NCBI GenBank assembly: GCA_032250835.1
Contig: JAVVEA010000003.1
Location: 1 to 57,359, forward strand
Length of the DNA: 57,359 nucleotides
Direction of reading: 5' to 3'
Source: a bacterium
GTDB lineage: Bacteria; SAR324; XYD2-FULL-50-16
Shown here: piece after piece, positions 28,277 through 38,867 of the stretch
How positions within the stretch are numbered: position 1 is the stretch's first letter
How the letters are laid out: each line of letters begins with the position of its first letter
Notes under the pieces: generated by a model
Told to the model about the DNA's origin: nothing
The model's input: only the letters and a program-made list of their open reading frames with translations
Databases searched by the model: none
Made by a program: the position numbers and the translations under genes

Positions 28277-29505
28277 CAAAGGCAGAGTGCCGAATAGCTG
28301 GCAAATTGGCAGGCAAAATTGTTTTGGCTGATCCAGGTGGCATCTGTGGCATTTTTCCAACCGCCCCGGCCATAATAGGTATAGTCCGTATTGAAGGTCC
28401 AACCGTTACAGGTATTGGCATGCACTGCGCCGCCTGCGTCGCTCCCTGAGAACCAACCTGAAGAAGAACTGTTGATCCCTGCCGTCGAGAGGTCTTGAGA
28501 GAGCGCCCCATCTAATAGGTCCGCCCAATTGGTGGCGATCTGCGTCCCGGTGCTGCCGGTGATCGGCAGGTCCGTGGGGACCGCATAGTTGCCGGGCATG
28601 TCTTGGATCTCATCGGTGGCGCTCACCGAGATGAAACCACGGACCTGAGCGCAACTTAGGCTGGAGAAATTTGCGCTGCGGGTGCTAGCACAGGTCGCGT
28701 CGAGGCCGCTGCGCCCACCCAAGTTCCCGTCCAGATTTAAGACTTCAAACAAGACCAAACTACTGTTGGCATCAATCCGCAAGGTATTGTAACGCCCCAT
28801 ATTCCCGGCGGTGTCTTTGACCAACACACTAAAGTAAGTGCTGGTCCCGGCGGTGAGGGTCGGGGTGACGCTGGCTAAGTTAGCGGTCCAGGCTTGGACC
28901 ACGGTGCCGTTGGTTTGGGCGTCGGTAAGGCCCGAGAGGTTGTTGCTGCTCGAAGAATAGACTTGATACAACAGCTCCGAGGCGGCGGTGATGTCGTCGG
29001 TGGCGGCGGTCCAACTGAGGGTGGCGCTGCTGGTGCCCACGTTGCTGGAGGTCAGAGTCGCGCTGCCTCCCGGCGTGGGGGCGGTGGTGTCTACGGTGGC
29101 CCCGCTGGTTTGGGTATAGGCGGTTTGGTTGCCCTGGGTATCGGCGGCGACTACGTTAAAATAATAGGTTTGGGCGGTGCTCAATCCGGCGATGGTCACG
29201 CTGGTGATGTCGGCGGTGGCGTCGCCCACGGCGGTGCCGTTGGTTTCGGTGTTACTTAAGCTGTCCAGGTTGGAACTGCTGCTGTAATAGGCCCGATAGG
29301 TAAGTTGATTCGAGGGGTCTTGATCATCGCTGGCGGCGGTCCAGCTCAACTTGATGGAATCGCTTGAGGCGTCACTCAAGGTCAGCGCCGAATCGGATAG
29401 GGTTGGGGCGCTGCTATCGGTGAGGGTGGCTTCCTCTTCGGTTTTCTTGCAGCCCGCCAGGGCCAAGGCGGCAATGACCGCCCAAATGAGGGGATAGTTT
29501 TTCAT
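28270..29505 (-). CDS. Lipoprotein with two fibronectin type III domains and a C-terminal DUF1554/endostatin-like domain
   Basis: Lipobox LAGC; two similar LSWTAA.DD...Y.F.V..D..GN repeats; C-terminal GNLGGRSGLDATC...WADLL...CNGWT Cys/Trp pattern; SD AGGAGG. Confidence 0.75.
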   Translation of the reverse strand: MKNYPLIWAVIAALALAGCKKTEEEATLTDSSAPTLSDSALTLSDASSDSIKLSWTAASDDQDPSNQLTYRAYYSSSSNLDSLSNTETNGTAVGDATADITSVTIAGLSTAQTYYFNVVAADTQGNQTAYTQTSGATVDTTAPTPGGSATLTSSNVGTSSATLSWTAATDDITAASELLYQVYSSSSNNLSGLTDAQTNGTVVQAWTANLASVTPTLTAGTSTYFSVLVKDTAGNMGRYNTLRIDANSSLVLFEVLNLDGNLGGRSGLDATCASTRSANFSSLSCAQVRGFISVSATDEIQDMPGNYAVPTDLPITGSTGTQIATNWADLLDGALSQDLSTAGINSSSSGWFSGSDAGGAVHANTCNGWTFNTDYTYYGRGGWKNATDATWISQNNFACQFASYSALCLCY

Positions 29506-29683
29506 GGTTCCTCCTGGTTTCCCAATCAGTTTGGTTCCCTGTACTTGCTGTTTTTACAGCAAGGTTAGGTCCATTACCGAAACTTAGGGTTAGTTTATCA
29601 GGAAAGAAGCTGAATCTAAAGGTGAATTTTTCCGAAAAGCCTAGGGGGCAGGTAGTGGATCGATTGCAGGGGCGACCGAATGG

Positions 29684-29711
29684 TCGGCGACTCCGTTGGG
29701 AGAGTCGCCGA
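29684..29711 (-). terminator. Hairpin downstream of the SSADH gene
   Basis: 10-bp stem TCGGCGACTC / GAGTCGCCGA, 11 nt past the stop; no U-tract. Confidence 0.4.
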
Positions 29712-29722
29712 TAGGGTCGAGG

Positions 29723-31087
29723 TTAGAGCTTATTGACCACCACCGTCTGGATGTTCATGAACTCCTTGATGCCATAGTGACTCAACTCCCGCCCATAGCC
29801 GGACATCTTGACGCCGCCGAAGGGCAGCCTGGGGTCCGAAAGGGTCATCTGGTTGACGAAGATCGCGCCGGTTTCCACCAACTTGGCCAATCGTTCGCCC
29901 TTTTCTAGGTCCTGGGTCCAGAGGCTTCCGCCTAAGCCGTAGTTGGAATCGTTGGCAATGGCCACGGCGTCTTCGGCGCTTTGGGCCACAATAATCGAGG
30001 CGACGGGGCCAAATACCTCTTCACGGTAGACCGCCATTTTGGGCGTGATCCCCTTGAGTAGGGTGGGGGCGTAGTAGTTGCCGGGGATGTCCAGCTTTTT
30101 ACCGCCGGTAACTAACTGGGCCCCTTGGCTTACCGAGCGGGTCACCTGCTCGTGGATTTCTTCTAACAGGTCGGGGCGGGCTAGCGGGCAAAGGCGCGAG
30201 CCTTCGTCAGCTGGGTCGCCGGGGGTGTATTGTTCGAGCTGGGCTTTGAGCTTTTCACCAAAGGCTTCGGCCACCGGGGCTTCGACAATAAACCGCTTGG
30301 CGGCGATGCAGGTCTGGCCCATGTTGTTCATCCGCGACTTGGCCGCCGTTGCCGCTGCTTGGTCTAGGTCCGCATCGGCCAGCACAATGAAGGCATCGGT
30401 GCCGCCTAGTTCCAGCACACATTTTTTGAGCGCCTTACCTGCTTCCATGGCTACCTGGGACCCGGCATATTCGCTGCCGGTGAGCGTAACGGCGCGGACC
30501 TTAGGGTGGCGGATCACTTCGGCCACATCGCGCGAGCCGATCACCAAGGTGCGGAACAGGTCTTTGGGCAGTCCTGCTTCGGCCACGACGGACTCAATAT
30601 CTAGGGCGGAACCGGTGACGTTGCCGGCATGTTTGAGCACCCCGGCGTTGCCCGCCATCAGGGCGGGGGCCAAAAAGCGCCAAACCTGCCAGAAGGGATA
30701 GTTCCAGGGCATCACCGCCAGCACCACGCCGATGGGCTGGAAGTGGACCATTGACCGGTGGTATTGGGTCTGTACCATCTCGTCGGCCAACATCTTAGGG
30801 CCCTCTTCGGCGTAGTAGTCACAAACCCAGGCGCATTTCTCCACTTCGCCGCGGGCTTCCTTGATGCTCTTGCCCATTTCGGCGGTGATCCTTTGGGCCA
30901 ATGGCTCGGCGCGGCGGCGCATCACCTCGGCGCAGGCCTTGAGCTTGGCGGAGCGTTCCGCAAAGGAGCTACTCTTCCAGCTCTGCCAAGCCTGATGCGA
31001 GGCGTCCACTATCTGGGCTGCCTCCTCGGGGCTGTGGTCGGGATATTCTTTGATCAGTTCGTTTGTCGCGGGATTGAAACTTTTCAT
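29723..31087 (-). CDS. NAD(P)-dependent succinate-semialdehyde dehydrogenase (Sad/GabD1-like)
   Basis: Start MKSFNPAT at 31087; VMPWNYPFWQ, LTGSE, ELGG, catalytic GQTCIAAKR, EEVFGP and FGGVKMSGYGRE. Confidence 0.85.
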   Translation of the reverse strand: MKSFNPATNELIKEYPDHSPEEAAQIVDASHQAWQSWKSSSFAERSAKLKACAEVMRRRAEPLAQRITAEMGKSIKEARGEVEKCAWVCDYYAEEGPKMLADEMVQTQYHRSMVHFQPIGVVLAVMPWNYPFWQVWRFLAPALMAGNAGVLKHAGNVTGSALDIESVVAEAGLPKDLFRTLVIGSRDVAEVIRHPKVRAVTLTGSEYAGSQVAMEAGKALKKCVLELGGTDAFIVLADADLDQAAATAAKSRMNNMGQTCIAAKRFIVEAPVAEAFGEKLKAQLEQYTPGDPADEGSRLCPLARPDLLEEIHEQVTRSVSQGAQLVTGGKKLDIPGNYYAPTLLKGITPKMAVYREEVFGPVASIIVAQSAEDAVAIANDSNYGLGGSLWTQDLEKGERLAKLVETGAIFVNQMTLSDPRLPFGGVKMSGYGRELSHYGIKEFMNIQTVVVNKL

Positions 31088-31089
31088 GG

Positions 31090-31956
31090 CTACCTTGTCA
31101 GAATCCAGTGGGTTCCGCCCAGTGCCAGGGCAGGGAGAATCAGGGTCAAGTCGGCTAAAATATAAAACTTTAGTCCCGAAGGGCCCCGTTGGTGCAAAAA
31201 GGCATTGCAGGCCATAAAGGCCAGCGTCGATAACGTCATGGCCGCCGCTGCTAGCGGCTCTTGAAACCGCCAAGCAAATCCAGCACAGACCAACAGCTGG
31301 GTCAGCCCCAAAAGATAGATCAGCCCATGGGCTCTGGGCCGTCCCAGCAACGCCGCTAAGGTGCGCACGCCGCTTTGTTTATCTACCTGAAGGTCGCGGA
31401 TGTCAAAGAGGATGCTATTTGAAAAGATCCATAACACCCATACCAGCAGCAACCACCAAGCCCGTTCGGGCTGCTGGGGCAGGCCGGTCTCCACCAGCGG
31501 CAAGACCAGGGTCATGTAGGTCCAGACCAGGACCATCAACAAGGGCTTGAGCAGATAACTGCGCTTGAGGCCTTGAGGGGCCAAGCCCTTGCGGGGAAAT
31601 TTGATGATCGAATAACAGAGCGCCAAAAAACCAAAGACCCCTAGGCTGACAAGCCCCGGTCCCGAAAGATGGGGCATCAGCGTTAGGGTGACGCTCATAC
31701 TGACTAGCAGCAAAAGGGCGTTGGTCTGCCGGTTGCGTTGCAGCCAGCGGCTCTTTTCAGGGAAGATGGAACGCGAAGGGACCGGAAGGGTTAGGTTGCG
31801 TTCGAGAGTGTAAAAGAGAAAGGTCGCCGAACCGATCAGCGCCAACAAGTTGAGGTCTACGGGTTGCCCAGAAATCTGAAGGCCGGTCCAGCCCAGCGCC
31901 AAAGCGCAGGCCAGGACCGAAACCTCCGAATAGAGCAGAAAACGCAGCAGAGCCAT
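31090..31956 (-). CDS. UbiA-family prenyltransferase-like membrane protein
   Basis: Multi-TM protein with the Asp-rich motif NSILFDIRDLQVDKQSGVRT. Confidence 0.75.
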   Translation of the reverse strand: MALLRFLLYSEVSVLACALALGWTGLQISGQPVDLNLLALIGSATFLFYTLERNLTLPVPSRSIFPEKSRWLQRNRQTNALLLLVSMSVTLTLMPHLSGPGLVSLGVFGFLALCYSIIKFPRKGLAPQGLKRSYLLKPLLMVLVWTYMTLVLPLVETGLPQQPERAWWLLLVWVLWIFSNSILFDIRDLQVDKQSGVRTLAALLGRPRAHGLIYLLGLTQLLVCAGFAWRFQEPLAAAAMTLSTLAFMACNAFLHQRGPSGLKFYILADLTLILPALALGGTHWILTR

Positions 31957-32001
31957 TGCCGGGGTCCGAATCGCCCGAAAGCATGGGCTCCGGGGCGGTT
32001 G

Positions 32002-32760
32002 TTAGTCAGTCGCCGCCATCTTGCGGCGGATAAAGGCGATTTGTTCTTGATGCGGCAGGTCCTTGGGGCAGAAATCTTCGCAACCCATTAGGGTCATGCA
32101 GCCGAAGACTCCCCGTTCGTCACCGATCAAGTCATAATACTCCGAATCACTGCGTTTGTCACGGGGGTCTACCATGTAGCGAGCCACCCGCATCATCCCC
32201 GCAGCACCCAAGAAATCCTTGCGCATGCGCCGGGTGCCGCAGGCAGCCAAGCAGATTCCGCACTCGATGCAGCGTTCCAGTTCGTAAATCTGGTCGGCTA
32301 CTTCGGGCTCCATCCGTTCTTCTAAGATCGAGATGTCGTGGCTGTCTTGCTCGAGGTCATGGATCCAGCTTTGGATGCGTTCGGCCATGCGGCGCATGTC
32401 TTTTCCGGTGTTCACCGACAGATCGGCGATCAACTCGAAGATGGGCATCGGCAGCAGGGTGATGGTATCGCCCTCATAGGCACTGGTCAGGGTCCGGCAG
32501 GCCAACTGGGGCTTGCCGTTGATGATCATGCCACAGGTGCCGCAGATGCCCGCGCGGCAGACAAAGTCAAATTGCAGGGTTGGGTCTTGGTGCTCGCGGA
32601 TCCAGTTGAGGGCAATGAAGATGGTCATGCCCGCCGTTTCCTGGAGCCGGTATTCCTGCATCCGTGGCTTATCCCCCTCTAATTTAGGGTTAAAGCGCAG
32701 GATCTTAAAAGTCAGTTCCCTTGGCTTATGCTCGGGATTTTTGTCGTGATAGGGCTTCAT
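32002..32760 (-). CDS. frdB: Fumarate reductase / succinate dehydrogenase Fe-S subunit
   Basis: [20 protein letters not shown] and [12 protein letters not shown]. Confidence 0.93.
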   Translation of the reverse strand: MKPYHDKNPEHKPRELTFKILRFNPKLEGDKPRMQEYRLQETAGMTIFIALNWIREHQDPTLQFDFVCRAGICGTCGMIINGKPQLACRTLTSAYEGDTITLLPMPIFELIADLSVNTGKDMRRMAERIQSWIHDLEQDSHDISILEERMEPEVADQIYELERCIECGICLAACGTRRMRKDFLGAAGMMRVARYMVDPRDKRSDSEYYDLIGDERGVFGCMTLMGCEDFCPKDLPHQEQIAFIRRKMAATD

Positions 32761-34730
32761 GCTTTCCCCCGGTAAAGGCGTTCGTTTCGTTTTTCGCTAA
32801 ATCGCTCAGGCAGTTCAAAGGGCATCAGGCGGTCTTGCAGTTCAAAACGGTCGCCTCCTTCAAATTCTTTTTTCAAGGCCTCTACTGCCGCCAAGCGGGC
32901 TTCGGTCTTGGGGTGGTTGATGATGTTGGCTTTGCCGTAGCCCCTAAAGCCGGGCGGCAATTCCATCCCGTCCACTTCGATCGGCTCATATTCCAATTGG
33001 GGCTCCAAACCATCGGCATCGCGCCAATAGGCGAGTGTGCGGTTCAGCCATTTGGAATCGTCGCGGGCCGGAAAGTCCTCGCGGGCGTGGGCACCCCGGC
33101 TTTCGGTCCGGTCTCTGGCACCCATAGCCACGCAGAGGGCCAGCTTGAGCATTTTGGGCACCCGTAGGGCTTCGGCTAATTCGCCGTTCGAGCCACGGGC
33201 CTTGGTACGCACACAGATGTTTTTAGCGCGGTCCAGCAGCACCTTGAGTTTTTCGACTCCAGCGCTCAGGTCGTCTCCGTTACGGAAGATACCCACGTGG
33301 TCCATCATCACTTCCTGCATCTCATTGCGCAATTCCCAGGCATTTTCACCGGTCTCTTTGGCCAGCAATTGGTCGATCTTGTCTTGTTCTTGGTGGATGA
33401 ATTTTTCCACCATCTGAGTGCGGATGTCGATCTCGTGGGCTTCGCAGTAGTCGGCAATGTATTCACCGACGATCATCCCGCTGACCACCGTTTCAGCCAC
33501 CGAGTTGCCGCCTAAGCGGTTGAAGCCGTGTAGGTCCCAACAGGCGGCCTCACCGGCGCTGAATAGGCCTTGGAGGCCCGGCGTCATGCCCTTTTCGTCG
33601 GTGCGGATACCGCCCATGCTGTAGTGCTGGGTCGGGCGTACCGGAATCCAGTCGACTGCCGGGTCAATCCCTAAGAAGTATTTACAGATGTCGTGCACCT
33701 CACGCAGGTTTTTTTCGATATGTTCACGGCCCAGAATGGTGATGTCCAGCCATAGATGCTGGCCATAGGGGCTGTGTACACCCTTACCGGCGCGGATGTG
33801 TTCGGTCATGCGGCGGCTGACTACGTCGCGGCTGGCCAGCTCTTTTTTGTCTGGCTCGTAGTCGGGCATAAAGCGGTAGCCGTCTACGTCGCGTAACACG
33901 CCGCCGTCTCCCCGGCAGCCTTCGGTCACCAAGATCCCGGCGGGGACGATGGCGGTGGGGTGGAATTGCACCGCTTCCATATTGCCTAGCGGGGTCAGGC
34001 CGGTTTCTAAGGCGATGGCCTGACCGGTGCCCTTGCAGATGAGTGCGTTGGTGGTGGTTGAGTACAGCCGACCATAGCCGCCGGTGGCGATGGTGGTCGC
34101 CTTGGCTACATAGGCCGAGAGCTTGCCGGTGATCAAGTCGCGCACCACCGCGCCGTAACAACGGCCCTCTTCGTGGATTAAGGCGATGGCTTCTTTGCGC
34201 TCATGGACCGGAATCTTATCTTGGATCGCCCGGTTGTCCATGGCGTATAACATGGTATGCCCGGTGCCGTCTGAAGTGTAACAGGTACGCCACTTTTTGG
34301 TGCCGCCGAAGTCCCGGGCGGTGATCAAGCCATGGGCGTCAATCTTTTCGGTCAAGGTGACTTTCTCGGCGTTGATGACCGCCGAGCGGGGTCCGGCTTG
34401 GACGCGGCTCCAGGGCACGCCCCAGTTGGCCAACTGCCGGATCGCTTTGGGTGCGGTGTTGACGAACATACGCGCCACCCTCTGGTCACAGCCCCAATCG
34501 GAGCCTTTGACGGTATCGCCAAAATGTACATCTTCGTCGTCTCCTTCGCCCATGACCGAGTTGCCTAGACTAGCCTGCATGCCCCCTTGGGCTGCGGCGG
34601 AGTGGGAGCGTTTGGCGGGCACCAGCGAAATGACGATGCTGTCCAAGCCGCGCTCTTTGGTGGCGATAGCGGTACGCAGGCCGGCAAGGCCGCCGCCAAT
34701 CACCAAATGGTCGGTATAGATGATCTCCAT
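32757..34730 (-). CDS. frdA: Fumarate reductase / succinate dehydrogenase flavoprotein (Wolinella-type)
   Basis: [54 protein letters not shown] and ESRGAH. Confidence 0.95.
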   Translation of the reverse strand: MEIIYTDHLVIGGGLAGLRTAIATKERGLDSIVISLVPAKRSHSAAAQGGMQASLGNSVMGEGDDEDVHFGDTVKGSDWGCDQRVARMFVNTAPKAIRQLANWGVPWSRVQAGPRSAVINAEKVTLTEKIDAHGLITARDFGGTKKWRTCYTSDGTGHTMLYAMDNRAIQDKIPVHERKEAIALIHEEGRCYGAVVRDLITGKLSAYVAKATTIATGGYGRLYSTTTNALICKGTGQAIALETGLTPLGNMEAVQFHPTAIVPAGILVTEGCRGDGGVLRDVDGYRFMPDYEPDKKELASRDVVSRRMTEHIRAGKGVHSPYGQHLWLDITILGREHIEKNLREVHDICKYFLGIDPAVDWIPVRPTQHYSMGGIRTDEKGMTPGLQGLFSAGEAACWDLHGFNRLGGNSVAETVVSGMIVGEYIADYCEAHEIDIRTQMVEKFIHQEQDKIDQLLAKETGENAWELRNEMQEVMMDHVGIFRNGDDLSAGVEKLKVLLDRAKNICVRTKARGSNGELAEALRVPKMLKLALCVAMGARDRTESRGAHAREDFPARDDSKWLNRTLAYWRDADGLEPQLEYEPIEVDGMELPPGFRGYGKANIINHPKTEARLAAVEALKKEFEGGDRFELQDRLMPFELPERFSEKRNERLYRGKA

Positions 34731-34739
34731 AGGTTTCTC

Positions 34740-35516
34740 TTAGTGCATTTGCTGGTGAGGTTGAGCCGCAGGGGCCTGAGGGTAGAGGGTGTCACCGAAA
34801 CGAACGGTCGGCTCATGTTGCCGCTGATAGCCCATCTGCATGTAGACGGCTATGCTCAACATGCCCACCACAAGATAAGAGGCAGTCAAAATCCGTTGGA
34901 CCACGCGGATGCGCTTGCGCATTTTGCGCGGGTCGCCTCCGAGCCAGCCCCATTTGATCAACACACGGTACAAGCCAATGCCCGCATGGACCACCACCGC
35001 CCAAAGCAAGATAACATAGAAGATCCACATCTGCTGGCCGAAGTATCGCTGGGCCGCTAAGAAGGGATCGATCTGGGCGGGGTTAAACATCATGGAAAGT
35101 ACGTGGGCGGACCCAAAGAAAAACAGAATGAACCCGGTAATTGCCTGATAAAGCCAGAGCTTGGTGTCCTCATGAACCAGAAACTCCACTTGGTCTTGCA
35201 TGACGCGATATTCCCGCCAGCTAGCCGGAAATTTGCGCATCGCCAAGAGCGCATGGGTCACGAAGATACAAAATACCCCAAAGGCCGATAGACTGACTAA
35301 GAAGGGAAAGCCGTGCCCAGAGGGATCAAGGAAGGCGCCTTCTAACATCTTGTCCACCCAAAAGGCCGTACTGGGGCCTAAGAGGATGGCTGAGACAAAC
35401 AGGATGTGCCCCATTATAAACAGACCCAATAACAATCCCGTTAGGCTTTGGGCCAAATCCAAGCGGGCGGGCAAACGCGATTTGCGCTGTCGTTTCTCTA
35501 TAGTAAGATAAGACAT
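34740..35516 (-). CDS. frdC: Diheme cytochrome b membrane anchor (type B)
   Basis: KSRLPARLD.AQSLTG N-terminus; candidate heme-ligand His in MGH, THA, SAH and VHA; GLYR..KWGW. Confidence 0.92.
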   Translation of the reverse strand: MSYLTIEKRQRKSRLPARLDLAQSLTGLLLGLFIMGHILFVSAILLGPSTAFWVDKMLEGAFLDPSGHGFPFLVSLSAFGVFCIFVTHALLAMRKFPASWREYRVMQDQVEFLVHEDTKLWLYQAITGFILFFFGSAHVLSMMFNPAQIDPFLAAQRYFGQQMWIFYVILLWAVVVHAGIGLYRVLIKWGWLGGDPRKMRKRIRVVQRILTASYLVVGMLSIAVYMQMGYQRQHEPTVRFGDTLYPQAPAAQPHQQMH

Positions 35517-35737
35517 AGGTTTCTCATGGCTGGTGGATATTTAGCGGGCTAGGTTCATCGTCCTTTATACGCCGATAGGTTTCATTTGATAAGAAGAAAT
35601 TCCCCAATAATCGTCAAATTTGCGGTCTGCTAAAAAAGATACTTTACGAACCTAATTTGAGATGGCAGTGTAAGCGTTTCGACTTTGGCTCCTTCGGGGC
35701 GGCACTCAGAAAATTTTGAGTGTATCGAAAAAAAGAG

Positions 35738-35766
35738 TTGCCAAGGAATGGCTGACTCGATAAGTT
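35738..35766 (+). promoter_or_regulatory. Putative sigma70 promoter for the str operon
   Basis: TTGCCA-17 nt-TAAGTT preceded by an A-rich tract, about 110 nt upstream of rpsL. Confidence 0.45.
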
Positions 35767-35876
35767 TGCTGATCACTTTCAGTGGCAATCAAGATGGTTG
35801 CCCTTCCCGGTCTGAAGACCGGCGAAACTATGGGGTTTACCCGAGAAATACTTGTCTAGGATAGAGGCTTACACCA

Positions 35877-36245
35877 ATGCCTACATTGAACCAACTGGTC
35901 CGCAAGGGCCGTAAGCGTATCATCGAAAAGAACAAGGTACCGGCCCTTCAGGCATGTCCGCAACGTCGCGGTGTCTGTACTCGGGTGTACACGACCACTC
36001 CGAAGAAGCCGAACTCGGCTTTGCGTAAGGTGGCTCGGGTGCGTCTGACCAACGGGTTTGAAGTGACCTCTTATATCCCCGGTATCGGGCACAACCTGCA
36101 GGAGCACTCTGTTGTTATGCTGCGCGGTGGGCGGGTCAAAGACCTTCCTGGTGTTCGTTATCACATCATTCGCGGTACCTTGGATACCCAAGGCGTCGCA
36201 AAACGTAAGCAGGGCCGGTCGAAGTACGGCGCGAAGAAGGGATAA
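35877..36245 (+). CDS. rpsL: 30S ribosomal protein S12
   Basis: [11 protein letters not shown] and [12 protein letters not shown]. Confidence 0.99.
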   Translation: MPTLNQLVRKGRKRIIEKNKVPALQACPQRRGVCTRVYTTTPKKPNSALRKVARVRLTNGFEVTSYIPGIGHNLQEHSVVMLRGGRVKDLPGVRYHIIRGTLDTQGVAKRKQGRSKYGAKKG

Positions 36246-36254
36246 GGAGAGACT

Positions 36255-36728
36255 ATGTCACGCAGGCACAGTGCTGAAAAGCGCCAGATCACCCCGGATG
36301 CCATTTATGGCAGCCACTCGGTGGCTAAGTTCATCAACTGCATCATGATCGATGGTAAAAAGTCGACTGCAGAAGGGATCGTTTACGGAGCTTTGGAAAA
36401 GATGGAAAGCCAGTTGGGCGACGTCAAGGGAATTGACGCCTTCTACGAAGGTCTGCGCAATGTGCAGCCCTCTTTGGAAGTCCGCTCACGGCGCGTTGGT
36501 GGCTCTACTTACCAGATTCCCGTCGAAGTCCGCGAAGAACGCCGCTTGTCGCTGGCGATTCGTTGGCTGATCGACGCGGCTCGGGCACGTAACGAAAAAT
36601 CCATGAAGGCCAATTTGGCGGCTGAGCTGCTGGACGCATACAACCAGCGCGGCACCGCCGTAAAGAAGAAAGAAGACACCCACAAGATGGCCGAAGCCAA
36701 TAAGGCATTCGCCCACTATATGTGGTAG
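36255..36728 (+). CDS. rpsG: 30S ribosomal protein S7
   Basis: [11 protein letters not shown] and [13 protein letters not shown]. Confidence 0.99.
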   Translation: MSRRHSAEKRQITPDAIYGSHSVAKFINCIMIDGKKSTAEGIVYGALEKMESQLGDVKGIDAFYEGLRNVQPSLEVRSRRVGGSTYQIPVEVREERRLSLAIRWLIDAARARNEKSMKANLAAELLDAYNQRGTAVKKKEDTHKMAEANKAFAHYMW

Positions 36729-36753
36729 GCTTCAAAAAAGCTTCTAACTGACT

Positions 36754-38808
36754 ATGAAGGGTGAGTCTGAGCTTTCCCGTGTGCGGAACATCGGGATCAT
36801 AGCCCATATCGACGCAGGAAAGACGACCACCACGGAGAGGATTCTCTTCTACACTGGCCGTAGCCACAAAATCGGCGAAGTCCACGATGGTGCTGCAACC
36901 ATGGACTGGATGGCCCAAGAGCAAGAGCGGGGGATCACAATCACCTCTGCTGCAACCACTTGCTTCTGGAAGCGTCTAGACCGCAGCTACCAGATCAACA
37001 TCATCGACACCCCCGGGCATGTCGATTTCACCATTGAGGTGGAACGCAGCTTAAGGGTTCTCGATGGCGCAGTGGTGGTTTTTTGCGCCGTCTCCGGGGT
37101 TCAACCCCAATCGGAGACTGTATGGCGCCAAGCCGACCGCTACGGGGTCCCTCGTCTTGCGTTCATCAATAAGATGGACCGGGTCGGAGCTGACCATGAA
37201 TCGGTTCTGGTGCAGATGCGGGAAGTGCTACATGCCAACCCGGTGTTGATGTTTCTGCCCATGGGCAGTGAAGACCAGTTTGAAGGGATCATCGATTTGA
37301 TCGAAATGAAGGCCCTGCACTTCATTGAAGAAAAGCAAGGTGCCGAATTTCAGGTCAACGAGATTCCCGAGGATTACCTCGAAGTGGCCCAATTGGCCCG
37401 CGAGTCGCTCATGGACGAGGTCACTCATCATGACGACGCGCTGCTAGAAAAGGCACTGGGCGACGAGCCCATCGAGGCAGGCGAGATAAGAGAGGCGATC
37501 CGTAAAGGTTGCTTGGCCGGGAAGTTGGTCCCCGTTTTTTTGGGATCTGCTTTTAAGAATAAAGGGGTTCAACCCCTGCTGGACGCGGTGGCCGATTATC
37601 TGCCCTCGCCCCTAGAGATGCCGCCGGTGATCGGCTTGGACCCTGAGGACGCCTCAGTCAAGTTGGAACGGCACCCTGATCCCGAAGAGCCCCTTTCGGC
37701 GCTGGTCTTTAAGGTCCAGTCCGACGCCTTCGCCGGGTCGCTTAATTATGTCCGGGTTTATTCCGGTAGTTTTAAAGCAGGTGAGCAGCTCTTTAACCCG
37801 GTTAAGGGGAAGAAAGAGCGCATCGGAAAAATTTTCCAGATGCACGCCAACAAACGAGAAGAATTAGCCACCGCTTCGGCGGGCGAGATTGTCGCCGTGG
37901 TGGGCTTGAGCTTTTCGACTACCGGCGACACGCTCTGCCGCAAGAATGAAGAGATTCTCTTAGAGAAGATCATCGCTCCGGTGCCGGTCATCACGATCGC
38001 CATCGAGCCGAAGACCAAAGCGGACCAAGACAAGCTGGACGACAGCTTGGCTAAGCTGGAACGAGAAGATCCCAGCTTCCATGTGGGCCGCGATCCCGAG
38101 ACAGGTCAGATATTGATCGCCGGGATGGGAGAATTGCACCTGGAAATCCAGGTAGACCGGTTGTCCCGAGAATTCGGGCTTCAGGTTAACACCGGCAAGC
38201 CTCAAGTGGCTTACCGCGAAACGATTGAAAATCAGGTCACCGCCGCCGAGGTCTTTGACAAGCCCCTCTTAGGCAAACCGACCTGGGCGCAGGTGAGTAT
38301 CACTTGCACCCCCCTGGGAGTGGGGGAGACGAATCGAGTCGAATTTGACTCGGGATTGGAACTCGGTAAAGAGCTGGAAGCTTTGATCCGAGAGGGGATA
38401 GAAGAAGGGCTGGCTTCGGGAGTACTCGAAGGCTACCCGGTGATCAACGTAGAGGCGAAAGTCAAAGCCGTTGAAATCCGTGACGAGGCTTTTAATCCCC
38501 AAGCCTACAAGATCGCCGCAGGGCTTGCCCTGAGAAAGGCGCTCTTAAATGGAATTCCGGTGAAACTGGAGCCGATCACAAAGGTCGAGGTTACGAGCCC
38601 ACCTGAGTTTGTTGGCGATATCATCGGTGACCTGAACTCAAGAAGGGGAAGGGTTCAAAGCATTGAGGACAAAAAAGCTGTCCAGGTAATCCATGTTGGG
38701 GTTGCCTTATCAACAATGTTTGGATACCTTACTAGCTTACGCTCCTTGAGCCAGGGACGTGCTACCTATTCAATGATGTTTGACCACTACGAGAAGGTAG
38801 CTCACTAG
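36754..38808 (+). CDS. fusA: Elongation factor G, divergent in domain IV (EF-G2-like)
   Basis: [23 protein letters not shown] and GMGELHL; str operon position. Confidence 0.93.
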   Translation: MKGESELSRVRNIGIIAHIDAGKTTTTERILFYTGRSHKIGEVHDGAATMDWMAQEQERGITITSAATTCFWKRLDRSYQINIIDTPGHVDFTIEVERSLRVLDGAVVVFCAVSGVQPQSETVWRQADRYGVPRLAFINKMDRVGADHESVLVQMREVLHANPVLMFLPMGSEDQFEGIIDLIEMKALHFIEEKQGAEFQVNEIPEDYLEVAQLARESLMDEVTHHDDALLEKALGDEPIEAGEIREAIRKGCLAGKLVPVFLGSAFKNKGVQPLLDAVADYLPSPLEMPPVIGLDPEDASVKLERHPDPEEPLSALVFKVQSDAFAGSLNYVRVYSGSFKAGEQLFNPVKGKKERIGKIFQMHANKREELATASAGEIVAVVGLSFSTTGDTLCRKNEEILLEKIIAPVPVITIAIEPKTKADQDKLDDSLAKLEREDPSFHVGRDPETGQILIAGMGELHLEIQVDRLSREFGLQVNTGKPQVAYRETIENQVTAAEVFDKPLLGKPTWAQVSITCTPLGVGETNRVEFDSGLELGKELEALIREGIEEGLASGVLEGYPVINVEAKVKAVEIRDEAFNPQAYKIAAGLALRKALLNGIPVKLEPITKVEVTSPPEFVGDIIGDLNSRRGRVQSIEDKKAVQVIHVGVALSTMFGYLTSLRSLSQGRATYSMMFDHYEKVAH

Positions 38809-38867
38809 GTGGTTGGTTTTCCTGGTTTTGCGGAACCGTTCAACCTGCTTTACACGAGAGAGAAGAG

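Noticed and set aside
30078-30701. 207-aa antisense ORF opposite SSADH
   Set aside because: Shadow ORF produced by codon bias of the sense gene.
31088-31273. 62-aa N-terminal extension of SSADH in the ORF track
   Set aside because: It overlaps the UbiA-like gene; the family-typical start MKSFNPAT is at 31087.
35517-35700. FNR site upstream of frdC
   Set aside because: A TTGAT half-site is present but there is no matching ATCAA at the right spacing.
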